Shown here: one piece after another, positions 25,006 through 37,956 of the stretch
Position numbering within the stretch: position 1 is the stretch's first letter
Layout: each line of letters begins with the position of its first letter
NCBI GenBank assembly: GCA_963514005.1
Contig: CAUPSL010001045.1
Coordinates: 1 to 63,458 of the forward strand
Direction of reading: 5' to 3'
Length of the DNA: 63,458 nucleotides
Origin: Raja brachyura
Lineage: Eukaryota
Notes under the pieces: model-generated
What the model saw: the letters and a program-made list of their open reading frames with translations, nothing else
Told to the model about the DNA's origin: nothing
Databases searched by the model: none
Position numbers and translations under genes: made by a program

Positions 25006-26769
25006 TTATCGGTGGTCCCTGACATGTTTGGTGGGACGTGGAGGTGCTGGGTTGCGCTGGTGATATGGAAACCGCATTTTCCATGCTGGCCGTTGAGGGC
25101 CTAGCCCTAAAAAAGGCCTGGGCTGTTGAGGCTGTTGGTACATAGGAGGCGCCGGAACGTAGGTCCTAGCTGTCCTTTCGGTTTGACCTCGTGGCCTGAA
25201 AAAAGGTGTTTTCTTGGCCGGCTGTCTGGTCACGGTGTGTGACCTCATCAGACCCACTGTTTTGGCATGGTCATCTAAATCTTTGACCTGCTTCGGGAGG
25301 TCTTCTCCGAATAGTTGTCTGGGTGGGGATGTAGGAGGTGCTCTACATAACCCCGCAAATTTGGGGTTTAATGTAGGCTTAATGATGCTTTTCCTAAAAG
25401 CATTGATTTCATATTGCGTGTTGCAAAGTAGAGCCAGGGCATCCTCCTGTTCGGTGTTCAAATCCACTCCATCCACCGACCTTGCAAACGCGGTAATCCC
25501 AGATGTAAGTAACTTCAGGATTCTCTGTAATTTTACTTCCTGAGTTCGAATGCCCGGGCTGATATTGCCCCAAATTGGCATGTTGACAATAGGCACATTG
25601 AGCGAATTGCAATTGCCCGGCGCCTTGTGTCTATCCATGGCCTTTGCAAGGACCTCCTCCTGTAGCTGATGGTTTGTGAGGAAATCTATGGTAGCAGCCA
25701 GCTTGGTATTGAGGGGTTGTCCCGATGATATGGGTAATCCAAACGTGGCTGTCACGTCCAGGAGCTCTTCCTGTGGAACCTCAGGTGCAACTGGGGCATG
25801 TACCAAGTTTCCTCCTCTTCTGGCCTCATGCTACCCATAGATGATGGGGACATGTTCATAAGTCCCCTGGAACTGTGAGCTTCCTGTCTTTGATTGAGCA
25901 GGATTTGTTCCATGATCCTCTCCATCCGATCTATGCGCCCTTCATCGTGCGTGAATGGGCGGATAGAGTCCTCATGCCCGAAGGAACTTCTGAGGCTCCT
26001 ATCATCGGCCCGTACCTCGTCGAGGTAATATCGGTGCCGTGACGATAAGTCGCTACCAGCCGCCTCAGCGAAACTGAACGACTCCCGCGCGGATCTGCTC
26101 ATATGCATTCTTTTGGCTGAGCTGCATCCGGCTGCCTCTGAGGGCATATATGCGGTGAGAGCTCGGCACCTAACGCCTCAGCGTGGTGACCCGACATCCG
26201 CGCGGGCTTGCCGACTGTCCTTTTCCTGGACCCAGACGGCGTACGGTCCCGTCCAGCCTCCAGCGGGGGAAGCGGTGACCGTGGCGAGACTCCACCTGTG
26301 TGACTCCTCCTAGTCCAACTAGGTGGTGAGTCTCCACTGGCCCTTCTTGGTCTGCCAGTGGACTCAGATCTCGCTGATACACCAGGCCGTAATCTTACGG
26401 CTCCTGGTGAAACCTCTGCCCGAAAAGGGCTAGGTTGTCGAGCTCTATCCCTGGCTCCACTATGAGGGCTCAGGGAGAAGGGCCGTGCAGCAGCACGTAA
26501 ACCCTCTTTGCACGCCTCTGCCAACGATCCTGTTGGCGATAATGAAATGGAGTCAGGGTCCACCTGCTCCGGCGCTATGCCGACTTCTTGCTCTGCGGGA
26601 ACCCCGTAGAGCTCAGCTGTGCCGGTGATTCGGGTCCTGTGACTACAGGGCTCCCCGATTTGCGCGCCTTTTTCCCGGCCCTTCCAGCGGGTGCTGTAGA
26701 AGGGAGCTCCGGGATGGGTGGCCGGCAGGTCCTTCCGGATGTCCTGCGGCCCTTGCTCCTTTTGTCCAT
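25006..26769 (-). pseudogene. DIRS gag-like ORF1, broken into several frames
   Basis: Lies upstream of and overlaps the RT; PGNC..LNVP.VN..IW and LFGEDL motifs in 25006-25806; probable start at ATG 26769. Confidence 0.7.
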
Positions 26770-29099
26770 GGTCTCTGTAGGGAAGAAAATACAGAAACAG
26801 AAAAAACAACCAGCTCAAGGTTGATTATACTTACCTGAGGTGGTCCTTATGAACGGCTGGTGGTGAGCCGCGCTCCTCCTCCAGCCGTCGACTGCAAATG
26901 CGAGCGACGATATATCGCGCATGCGTGCTGGCGGGTTCTTCACGAAGTCACTCACGTGACTCCGAAATGAAATAGCGCAACAATGCTGATCAGTGTATTC
27001 TGCTCTCTCTATTTTCCACTTTGCTCTATCTATTGGCATGTCACACAATGCAGGAACATGTCCTTCAGCCGAATCTGCCAACGCCGATCAATGTAGACCA
27101 TTCACATAAGCCCCAACTGCCGTTTTTAGCGTGTGTCAGTTATTATATTAGTTTGGCCAAATGTATTATAGATCATGTTTAGTTTCTACTCAGCTACCTC
27201 CTTTGACAGCTATTGCTATATGCCAGCCATCCTCTGTGCGAATCTATAAAGCAACCACACTCTGAGCGTATCCATATAACCAGTGGCTTGTATCATTGCG
27301 TTTGAACCGAAAATATCTATATATGGCATATGTAATCTGTTTAGATAGCATGCAGAACAATGTTTTTTCACTGTTCATCGGTACATGTGCCATTAATATC
27401 CCTAATCCTGAAGCTAAATCCTAAAGCGACGGTCCTCTCCATTGTTTACAACTCCATGAAAGCAGCGGAATGTCTCATTGGTTGCAGAAACATTGCATCA
27501 TCCATTTTGTGGATGCAATAAGTAAAATGGACGGGAGAGCCAGTGGATGTAGTGTACCTGGACTTTCAGGAAACATTTGTTAAGGTCTCACACAGGAGAT
27601 TAGTGGCCACAATTATAGCACATGGTATTGGGGTTGGGTATTGACATGGATAGAAAAAAGGACCGCAGCTATTTACAATATATACTAGACTAAGTGGGAC
27701 CCGTTGGGTCCCAGCTTCAATCGGGAGGGCTGGTCCCCCAACGCAATATTTTACCTCTCCACCAATTCCAATATTGCTGGCCAGTGGGGACGGGCTTTCT
27801 GGAGCGCTAGCATGGTTGTTGTGGGCTGAAAGGATTGGTTTCCAGAGGGCTAGTATGGACATTGTTGGCAGAATTGGTTCCTGGGCTAGCAGCTCAGTCA
27901 CTGAGGCCAGCCAGATCAGTAACTGCGGCCTGGCAGTTCAGTCACTCGGCCATGGCAGGCTGGCAGCTCAGTCACTCAGGCCTGGCGGACTGGCAGCTGA
28001 GAAACTGCAAGACATTCTGCCGAAAACAGGTGACAGATACTGTGGGAGAGAAGGGAAGAGGGTGGACAATTTATTTTTGACATTTTCATTTTTTACAGAT
28101 CACAGCAATGAAGGAGGTAAATGTATTCTTGCGCGGATGTTTGGAGCGCTAGAATGTGTGTTGTGCACTGAAGGGACTGCTTTCCAGTGGGCTAGTATGA
28201 ACATTGTGGACTGACTGGATTCTTGGACTTGCAGTTCAGCGAGTCGGCTGGTGGGCTGGCAGTTCACTAAGTCACGGCTGGTGGGCTGCCACTTCAGTCA
28301 CTTACACGTGGTGGGCTGACAGTTCACTTACTCATGGCTGGTGGGCTGGCAGTTCACTAAGTCACGGCTGGTTGGCTGGCAATTCAGTCACTTACAGCTG
28401 GTGGGCTGTCAGTTCACGCAGCCTCTACTCCTTCATTCACCCACCCCCACTTTGCTCCTTGCCATTTCCCCCTCCCCCACGCATTCAGTCCACCTTTTCT
28501 CAACCCCCCCCCCCCCCCCCCATGCACTCTTAGTGGCGTTCCGACAGCGCAGCTATTCCTGCGTATTAGGTTCCCATTGTGACTAAGAACATGCAGGCAT
28601 GGCAAGTGCGAAAAAGGATTTATTATATGTTAAAATGTGAATGACTTAAAATATATCAACAATTTAACTGATGATATGTATTAAGTTATTTCTTGTTGTG
28701 TTCTGCCTCTTGATGTCTCTTTGTTGTTGATATAAAATAATACAATTTTAATATAGTGAGATTGAGCGGTCAACTTTTAACAAAGAAATCTGATAATTTA
28801 CCTCAAAAGTCATCATTCAGTGGAGGCCTGCAAACAATCTCACAGCACTTGAAGCGGAGTGCAGACCGTAAATCCAACCTAACAGCACTCCAAGCAGAGT
28901 GCAGGCATCAAGTCCAATCTTACAGCGCTCCAAGCAGACTGCAGGTAGCAAGTCCAACCTCACAACACTCCAAGCAAAGAGCAGGCAGCAAGTCCGAATT
29001 CACAGCACTCCATGCAGAATGCAGGCAGCAAGTCCTACCTCACAGCACTCCAAGCAGAGTCAGGCCAGCAAATCTAATTTCACAGCATTTCAAGCAGAG

Positions 29100-29680
29100 T
29101 GCACACACATACACTCACACACACACTCACACTCACACTCATACACACACACAAACACACTCACACAACAAAGACACATTCACGACCACATACACACAAA
29201 CACTCACAACCACGCACACACACACACAGACACTCACATAGACAGACACAGACAGACACACACACACGGTCATAGACAGACAGATATATAGACAGACACA
29301 CAGACAGACACTCAAACACACACTCACATTCACACTCTCACACACAGACACTGACATATACACAGACNNNNNNNNNNNNNNNNNNNNNNNNNNNNNNNNN
29401 NNNNNNNNNNNNNNNNNNNNNNNNNNNNNNNNNNNNNNNNNNNNNNNNNNNNNNNNNNNNNNNNNNNNNNNNNNNNNNNNNNNNNNNNNNNNNNNNNNNN
29501 NNNNNNNNNNNNNNNNNNNNNNNNNNNNNNNNNNNNNNNNNNNNNNNNNNNNNNNNNNNNNNNNNNNNNNNNNNNNNNNNNNNNNNNNGACACGGACACA
29601 CACACACGCAGACACTGACACACACAAAGACACACTCACACACACATACAAACAAACGCAAAGATACAAACACTCACATT
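29100..29680. repeat. CA-rich microsatellite containing an assembly gap (N, 29368-29588)
   Basis: Direct inspection. Confidence 0.95.
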
Positions 29681-29904
29681 CACAGAAGATATATATGGTA
29701 GTAAACTTTTTGAATACTCAAACGGCAGACCGCAGCGTCTCCACTCTGGCATTTCGTAGTCAGCAACACTTCCGCAATCAACACGACCTGTGCACTCACC
29801 GGCAATTACGCAATCAGCGTGACTTGCCCACTAGGAGGAATTCACGAAATGAGCGGGACGTTTGCAGTAAACGCTCGGACCTAATAAAGCGTTTATTCCT
29901 CCCA

Positions 29905-30060
29905 GCCGCAGTTGCCAACGCCACAGTTACGAAAGCCACAGTTGCAAAAGCCAGAGTTGCAAAAGCCACAGTTGAAAAAACCATAGTTACAAAAGCCAGA
30001 GTTGCAAAAGCCACAGTTGCAAAAGCCACAGTTGCAAAAATCACAGCTGCAAAAGCGACA
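29905..30060. repeat. 15-bp tandem repeat (GTTGCAAAAGCCACA)n, ~10 copies
   Basis: Direct inspection. Confidence 0.9.
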
Positions 30061-31992
30061 GGCCTCAGTGAATGATCTGTCAGCCCAACAAACCATTCGG
30101 CCCACGATGTCCATACTAGCCTTCTGAAAACCAGTCCCTTCGGACCACAACGCCCATACTAGCTCTCCACAAATCACCCCCTTCCCACTGGCCAGCAATA
30201 TTGGAATTGGTGGAGAGGTGGAATATTGCGTTGGGGACCAGCCCTCCCGTGTGTAGCTGGGCTCCTACCGTCTCATTAAATGACATTGATTTATTCGAGC
30301 CCACTCGCATGCAGTTCCCTTGCCGTCCACCTGATGTCCCCCTCATTGAAAATCTGTAAATTGCACAACACCCGATAATTATTGGATAAGGGCTTCATTA
30401 TTTGAAGACACAAGAACAGAACTTCGAGCAGCTCAAATGATTCAAAGGACCTTTACTGTCATATGTACCCATTAAGGTGCAATGATATGTGAATTGTCAT
30501 ACAGCCATACAAAACAAAGGCAACAAGACACACAATTACATAAACCTTAACGTAAACATCCACCACAGCGGATTCCGCACATATCTCACTGTGAAAGAAG
30601 GCAAACAATTCCAAACTTCTTCCTCTTCATATACACGCGGCGGGTCAGTCAAACCATCCACAGTCGGGACGATCAAAGCCCCGCAACCGACGATCGAAGC
30701 CCCCGTCGGGGTGATCATAACTCCCGCGTCGGGGCGGTTGAAACTCCCTCCGCGGCATGGAGCTCCCGAGTCGGCCTCTTCTTACCAGAGACAGCGGGCT
30801 CGACGATTTTAAAGCCCACAGATCCCGAGTTTGGTGCTTCGATCCCCGGCAAAGGCATCGCAAATTCCGCGATGTTAAAGTCCCGCAGACCCCTGCGGCT
30901 TGGACCGCCGGATCGGTCTCATGGAAAGGCCACCAACTCCACGATGTTAGGGCACAGTGCGGACGAAGATTCGATACGGAAAAAAATGCATCTCCGTCGA
31001 AGTAAGAGATTAAAACAAAATTTATACAACGCCCCCCCCCCTCACAATCCCACATAAAACAAACCAAGGAACACTAAAACATTTTTTTTGACACATTGAA
31101 AATAACAAAAAAAGAAGAAATAACAGACAGACTGTTGGCGAGGCAGCCACTACTGATGCCGAGGTCAGTTCGCGGACAATATTGAAAGTAAACACAATCT
31201 CGAACTTTACTGTATGCGTTTAGCAATGTGTACATGTCTGCGCAAAAGGATTGGGTGCTTCGCTTCTCCAAACTCCGAGACCGAGGTACATTTTCCACCT
31301 CTTCCACCGAATGCTCGATTTCAGCACTAACAGTCCTCAGTCAGAGATTACACATTACACCTCCTCAAGAATAACACCAGAGCCCTGCATGTATTTGTTT
31401 TCAGTCCGCTACAATACCTCATTTACACTCGCCACCGTGCGGCCAAACACGGCTCTTATTGTATCTACGAGTTGCAGATGATACAAATGGGATTGGTCAA
31501 ATAATGTGCAACGTGGAGACGGAGTAGAAGACGAAGATAGTGAATTTAGTGATATGGTGTCAGGATAATAACCTCACTTTCCATGTCAGGAAGTTGAAGA
31601 GGTAGTTATTGACTTCATGAAACATGGTGGAGTACAAACCACATCTGCCCCAATGGTATGGAATTGAAAATGGTCGCGAGTTGAAATTGCATGGTGTTAC
31701 ATTACCAATGATCTGTCGCAGGGTAATCACATTGATGCGACTTCAAAGAAGGCACATCAACATCTCTACTTCAGGAGGAGTCTGAGGAAATGTGGCTTGT
31801 CACCAGTGACTCTGACAAGCTTCTCGGGGAGCATATTATAGGGTTGCACCACAGATTGGAGTGGTGACAGGTCTGCCACGACCACGAGAAATTGCAGTAA
31901 TAAATATTGCCAAATTCATCACACAGACCAGACTTCGCACCATTGACTCCATCTACACGTCACGCTGCCTCGGAATGAAAACAACCAACGTC

Positions 31993-32445
31993 GGCCCGGG
32001 GAGCCGTTGGTGACAGAGGGTGGAGTTACCTGCACTGTGAGTATAAATCTAGTGCGGGGCTTGCTTTTCACAGAGGCCCGGGGAGCCGTTGGAGACAGAG
32101 GGTGGAGCTTCCTGCGCTGTGAGTGTAAATCTAGCGCGGGGCTTGCTTTTCACAGAGGCCCGGGATGCCGTGGGTGAGAGAGGGTGGAAGCCTCTGATTG
32201 GTTGAAGACGACCAGAGGAAGCAGCTGATTGGCTGCAACCCGGGGTTTACATTTTTACATTTCTGCCTTCAGGATTAAGGATTCTGGGAGCTGAGGATTC
32301 TGGGAGCTAAGGGTTCTGGGAGCTAAGGATTCTGGGTGTTAAGAATTCTGGGAGTTAAGGATTCTGGGAGTTAGGGATTCAGTATTTATTAGTATTTATT
32401 AGTAAAGTTTAAAGGATAAAATTTTGTGTTTAATAAAAAATAAAT

Positions 32446-32513
<68 letters not shown>

Positions 32514-34615
32514 ATACAAAGTAATTCGGGAGTAAGATATGTCAGGGGAGATTGGCCTCATGGTTTGCTCAGCTTGCAACATGTGGGAGATCAGGGATAT
32601 TGTCGGTGTCCATGGTGACCACATTTGCAGGAAGTGTGTCCAGCTGCAGCTCCTGGCAGACCGCATTGAACGATTGGAGCTGCGGCTGGATTCATACTGG
32701 AGCATCCACGATGCAGAGAAAGTCGTGGATAACACATACAGCGAGTTGGTCACGCCACAGGTAAAAGGTAACAGGCCAGAAAGGGAGCGGGCAGCCAATA
32801 GCCAGCAAAGCAGTCTGCAGGTACTGCAGGAGTCCCCTGCAGTCGTCTCCCTACTAAACAGGTTTACCATTTTGGATACTGTTGAGGGAGATGGCTTATC
32901 AGGGGAAGGCAGCAGCAGCCAAGTTCGTGGCACCATGGGTGGCTCTACAGCACATGATTGGGGAAAAAAGAGGGGAAGGGCAATAGTAATAGTGGATTCC
33001 ATTCAGGGGAATAGATAGGCGTTTCTGCGGCCGCAAACGAGACTCCAGGATGGTATGTTGCCTCACTGGTGCAAAGGTCAGCGATGTCACTGAACGGCTG
33101 CAGAACATTCTGGAGAGGGAGGGTGAACAGCCAGTTGTCGTGGTGCATATTGGCACCAACGATATAGGTTAAAAAAAAGGGATGAGGTCCTACAAGGTGA
33201 ATTTAGGGAGCTAGGAGATAAACTTAAAACTAGGACCTCAAAGGTAATAATCTCTGTATCACCACGGGCCAGTCAGAGTAGAAATAGGAAGATATTGCAG
33301 ATGAATACGTGGCTTGAAAAATGGTGCAAGGGGGAGGGATTCAATTTTTTAGGGCACTGGAACCCTTTCTGGGGGAAGTTGGACCACTACAAACAGGACG
33401 GTCTGCACCTGGGCTGGAATGGAACCAATGTCCTTAGGGGAGTGTTTGCTAGCGCTCTCGGCGAGGATTTAAACTAATGTGACAGGGGGATGGGTACAAG
33501 AGCAGAGAGGCGGGTGGGTGTAAAGCGAGGCAGGAAGCAATAGGGAGCAAGGTGAAATGTAAAAGTGGCAGGAACAATGGCAGGCAGTGACTAGTGGGGT
33601 ACCGCAAGGCTCAGTGCTGGGACCCCAGCTATTAACAATATACATTAATGATCTGGATGAGGGAATTGAAGGTAATATCTCCAAGCTTGCGGATGACACT
33701 AAGCTGGGGGGCAGTGTTAGCTGTGAGGGGGATGCTAGGAGACTGCAAGGTGACTTGGATAGGCTGGGTGAGTGGGCAACTGCTTGGCAGATGCAGTATA
33801 ATGTGGATAAATGTGAGGTTATCCACTTTGGTGGCAAAAATAGGAAAACAGATTATTATCTAAATGGAGGCCGATTAGGAAAAGGGGAGATGCAGCGCTA
33901 CCTGGGTGTCACGGTACACCAGTCATTGAAAGTAGGCATGCAGGTGCAGCAGGCAGTGAAGAAAGCAAATTGTATGTTAGCTTTCATAGCAAACGGATTT
34001 GAGTATAGGAGCAGGGAGGTTCTACTTCAGTTGTATAGGGTCTTGGTGAGACCACATCTGGAATATTGCGTACAGTTCTGGTCTCGAAATCTGAGGAAGG
34101 ACATTATTGCCATAGAGGGAGTGCAGAGAAGGTTCACCAGACTGATTCCTGGGATGTCAGGACTGTCTTATGAACAAAGACTGCATAGAATCGGTTTATA
34201 CTCTCTGGAATTTAGGAGATTGAGAGGCGATCTTATAGAAACTTACAAAATTATTAAAGGGTTAGACAGGCTAGATGCAGGAAGATTGTTCCGGATGTTG
34301 GGGAGGTCCAGGACAAGGGGTCACAGATTAAGGATAAGGGGGAACTCTTTTAGGACCGTGATGAGAAGGACTTTTTTCACACAGAGAGTGGTGGGTCTCT
34401 GGAACTCTGCCACAGAGGCTAGTTGAGGCCAGTTCATTGGCTATATTTAAGAGGGATTTAGATGTGGCCCTTGTGGCTAAGGGGATCAGAGGGTATGGAG
34501 AGAAGGCAGGTACGGGATACTGAGTTGGATGATCAGCCATGATCATATTGAATGGCGGTGCATGCTCGAAGGGCCGAATAGCCTACTCCTGCATCTAATT
34601 TCTATGTTTCTATGT
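31993..34615 (+). mobile_element. CR1 with 5'UTR and ORF1 (32539-33477, disrupted) joined directly to the 3' half of RT (33575-34523)
   Basis: CSAC..CRKC zinc finger and esterase remnants; abrupt jump to WQAVTSGVPQGSVLGP; TTTCTATG tail. Confidence 0.9.
32275..32511. repeat. 16-bp tandem repeat (AAGGATTCTGGGAGCT)n and (TA)n microsatellite in CR1 5'UTR
   Basis: ~7 copies at 32275-32380; (TA)n at ~32448-32511. Confidence 0.9.
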
Positions 34616-34944
34616 CAAAACTTGTCCAGACCGGTCAGTTCCTCCAAGTAACGGATGCACTACAATACGCTCAATGGTGCCTTCTATGTGGTGCATTCTG
34701 AAACGTCCACATTGCTCTATATATTGTCAGAGAACACGGTGACAGATCTTTCGATGCAGCTGTCGTCCGATGTGCCCCATGTACACTAATCTCTCCAACC
34801 ATCTTTCGCCCGCATGTCCCCAAATCGTTCCTATCTTCCAAGCAGTCTAACTGCCAATGCAAGGTTGTAACACTGCCTTCCTCAACGACCTCCTCTGGTA
34901 GCTGATTCTCCACGTGAATCCATATCCCCACCACTCGACTTGTA

Positions 34945-35700
34945 GACTTTGTCAATCCTCACCATTGTAGACTTTGGAATGAGTAGGATGGGGACCCACC
35001 GTCCTGTTTATATCAACGGGTCGATGGTTGATAGGGTCAAGAGCTTCACATTCTTGGGCGTGTACATCTGTGAAGATCTTTCCTGGTCCGAGAACACAGA
35101 TGCAATTATTACGAAAGCTCATCGGCGCCTCTACTTCCTGAGAAGATTACGGATAGTTGGTCTCTCAAGGAGGACTCTCTCTAACTTCGACAGGTGCACG
35201 GTAGAGGGTTTGCTGACCGGTTGCTTCGTGTATTGGTTCGGCAACTTGAGTGCCCTGGAGAGGAAAAGACTACAAAAAGTAGTAAACACTGCCCAGTCCA
35301 TCATCGGCTCTGACCTTCCTTCCATCGAGGGGATTTATAACAGTCGCTGCCTCAAAAAGGCTGGCAGCATCATCAAGGACCCACACCACCCTGGCCACAC
35401 ATTCATCTCCCTGCTACCTTCGGGTAGAAGCTACAGGAGCCTGAGGACTGCAACGACCCGGTTCAGGAATAGCTAATTCCCCACAGCCATCAGGCTATTA
35501 AACTTGGCTCGGCCAAACTCTGAACATTGATATCCCTCTATCTGTCATTTGCACTTCATTAATGTATTAACTAATGTGTGTATTTACGTATATAATTGTA
35601 GTCAGTGTCTACTATGTTCTGTTGTGCTATGCAAAGAAAGAATTTCGTTGGCCTGTCAGGGACACATGACAATAAACTCTTTTGAATTTTGACTTGAATT
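34945..35700 (+). mobile_element. Rex1/L2-like LINE 3' fragment
   Basis: IVDF..V.RVKSF.FLGV.I.EDLSW..KAH.RLYFLRRLR..KDP.HPGH..LLPSGR.YRS. Confidence 0.85.
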
Positions 35701-37699
35701 TGACTCGATGCCCTCGAGTTTGAACTGGTACTGTCTATACATGGTATATCTGATATGCCTAGAGAGCATGCAAACCACCGCGTTTTACATGTACTCGTGT
35801 ATCAATAACAAAATTAAACCTGAAGCTCAAACCTAAAACGCCTCTCTTAATTGTTTACAACATCGCTATCCCAGAGGGATATTTCACGGCATATTTTTCC
35901 ATTGTTCCAGATATACACATGCACATTTAAATAATATTTTTTCACACATTCTTTGTTTTATGTGCTTTGCGGAACTCGGATTCTGCAACTGCACTTGTCC
36001 AGTTGTACGGAGAACTGAAGTATACAATGTGACTTGAGCTAAGTTTATTCATTCTCATAAATACACGGAAAATTCGGGGTTTGTTGGAAATAACCAACAA
36101 TATTCAGCATGACATGCTCTATAATACCCTGTACTCTGCATTCTGTAACTTCCTCCACGCTCCAACTACAGGATCTTAATTGATTGTGTCGATGTATGGC
36201 ATATCTGGGCAGAATAGATAGCGTGCAAAGCAACGCTTTCCACTGCATCTAGGATCATGTGACAATAATAGACCAGCCTCATCTTACCCGGTCTAATGAT
36301 CTGATATAAGTAACAGCCATAAACAGAGCGGGATATTCCTACCACGATGGCTACAAAAATTTCCATGTAACGGCAACAGTATTGATTAAACAAGAGAAGG
36401 TGTTGAATGGCGGTTAACCACAAATGAGCTGTTGGACAACTGCGAGGACAAGGTGACGAGTGGGCGCGACTGAAATAACACAGTAAAACACCCGATAACG
36501 TATCGTGAACCGTATTAATTGTCGGCATTTGCAATACAACATAAAACATAATATACTCAGAAGACGCGGAAAATTCATATGTAATGTCAGAAGTAAACGA
36601 TCTTACCTAATTTTGTCCTTAAGTTATACCCAACACCATCTTTGTGTCGTCTTCCCTTCAGGTTCCTTGTAAATCGTGTCCCTCTCACCTTGTATGCGGT
36701 ATTTTTCTGTCTCCTGTCGAAACACTATTGGACCGCGCACCGTTCACATGTGTATTTTCAGCGTCGCCGCCACCACGTGAGCATTCAGCAGCTCACTAAC
36801 ATTTAAAATGGTATACTTATGCAAAATACATAGATATTATTGCTACCAACGGCTAACATTACCATAATCCCGACAGGTTCAGGCGGCCAGGGGTTTCAGA
36901 TTCAAAATAATATTGAGATTCACATTCAAAGTTAATCTATAAAGTCAAAAAATATATAAGCTAACAATGGCCCACAAATCATCTTTTCGAATATGCCAAC
37001 GAAAGAACGTGTTGTCCGTCATGCAAATATACCACTGGCGATTGGAAGATATTTCAAATGAACTCTCGCTCACTTGCTCGCGGAGTGGCGTGGATATCAG
37101 AGCAGTTGCATACGAGCAGCCATACATTGAGAAATCGCAACATTTGACTGAGCATTTACATGGAAATGGTTCCGCCTTCACAGAACTCGACTATGGGAAA
37201 AAACAACTGCGATTCTTGTGAATTGTGGAAACAGTTATAGTGCGTCAAGTTTTTGTATTTCAAATATAATTTATTCGAGAAATAAATATATACAATAAAT
37301 GATCCTTACAAAATCTCATCCGACATTATCGGAGGCTAAACATACATTCAATACTGTTTACATAAATTACACAATGTTGCCTCCCACCGACAGGTCACAA
37401 GTAACATTAGCAAATTTGCAGATGGCACAAAGCTGGGTGACAGTGTTAACATTGAGGAGGATTCAGTGAGAATGACTTCGACGGGTTGGGTGAATGGGCA
37501 AATGCATGGCAGAAGTAATTTAATGTTGGTAAATGTGAGGTTAGACACCTAATTATTGTGAGGTTAGCCAAGCCATTCCATAACAATGCTTTAGCAATGC
37601 ATTCCGATGATTTCGCCCTAATATCTGGAATAACGTCACATGCGGTCCACTTGTCTTTTTTATTGATAAAAAAACATCGCTCAAAATATAACTATTTGA

Positions 37700-37956
37700 T
37701 CAAGGACATTCATTGCTGGTTATTTTTGATGTGGGGCACAACTGTACCCTATTTCATTCTCTATCGAATTACGATTGGATTGATGTGCAAGGGGTTGAAG
37801 AACGGATTTGTAGTATTTGAACAAACTGGAATTATGCTACAACTATTAAACACTTGCACAGACACGCTCATTTACACCGTGACCCAGCGGAGGTTTAGAG
37901 AGCAGCTGCTCCAGGTATTGAAATACCCCTTCACCTTAACTGTAAGCTTAATATAA
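37700..37956 (+). pseudogene. GPR139-like pseudogene fragment (TM6-TM7-C-terminus)
   Basis: TGIMLQLLNTCTDTLIYTVTQRRFREQLLQVLKYPFT aligns with VGYLLRNLSCCTNTFIYAVTQYKFREQVKNAVKYPLT of the intact gene. Confidence 0.8.

Larger units (their letters stand above)
21691..26975 (-). mobile_element. DIRS1-like tyrosine-recombinase retrotransposon, structurally complete, ORFs disrupted
   Basis: 32-bp ITR at 21715-21746/26915-26946; ICR halves 21871-21900 (reverse complement of 21691-21720) and 21945-21983 (reverse complement of 26937-26975); gene order gag-RT/RH-MT-YR. Confidence 0.95.
27685..30262. mobile_element. Non-autonomous repeat complex with a Helitron-like 3' end (minus strand) and inverted ~200-bp arms
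   Basis: Minus strand ends GGGACCC-AAC-GGGTCCC-ACTTAGT-CTAG|T at 27712-27685. Block 27712-27910 is the imperfect reverse complement of 30060-30262. Internal 27-, 40- and 15-bp tandem repeats. Confidence 0.5.

Noticed and set aside
28756-29673. His/Thr-rich and Cys/Val-rich ORFs
   Set aside because: Translations of a 40-bp repeat, a CA microsatellite and an N gap.
29695-30198. AKATV pentapeptide / CNCGF Cys-rich ORFs
   Set aside because: Translations of a 15-bp tandem repeat inside a repeat complex.
36166-36300. RPGK..VYYC as an Ig V domain
   Set aside because: Motif spacing is far too short and there is no WYxQ or RSS.
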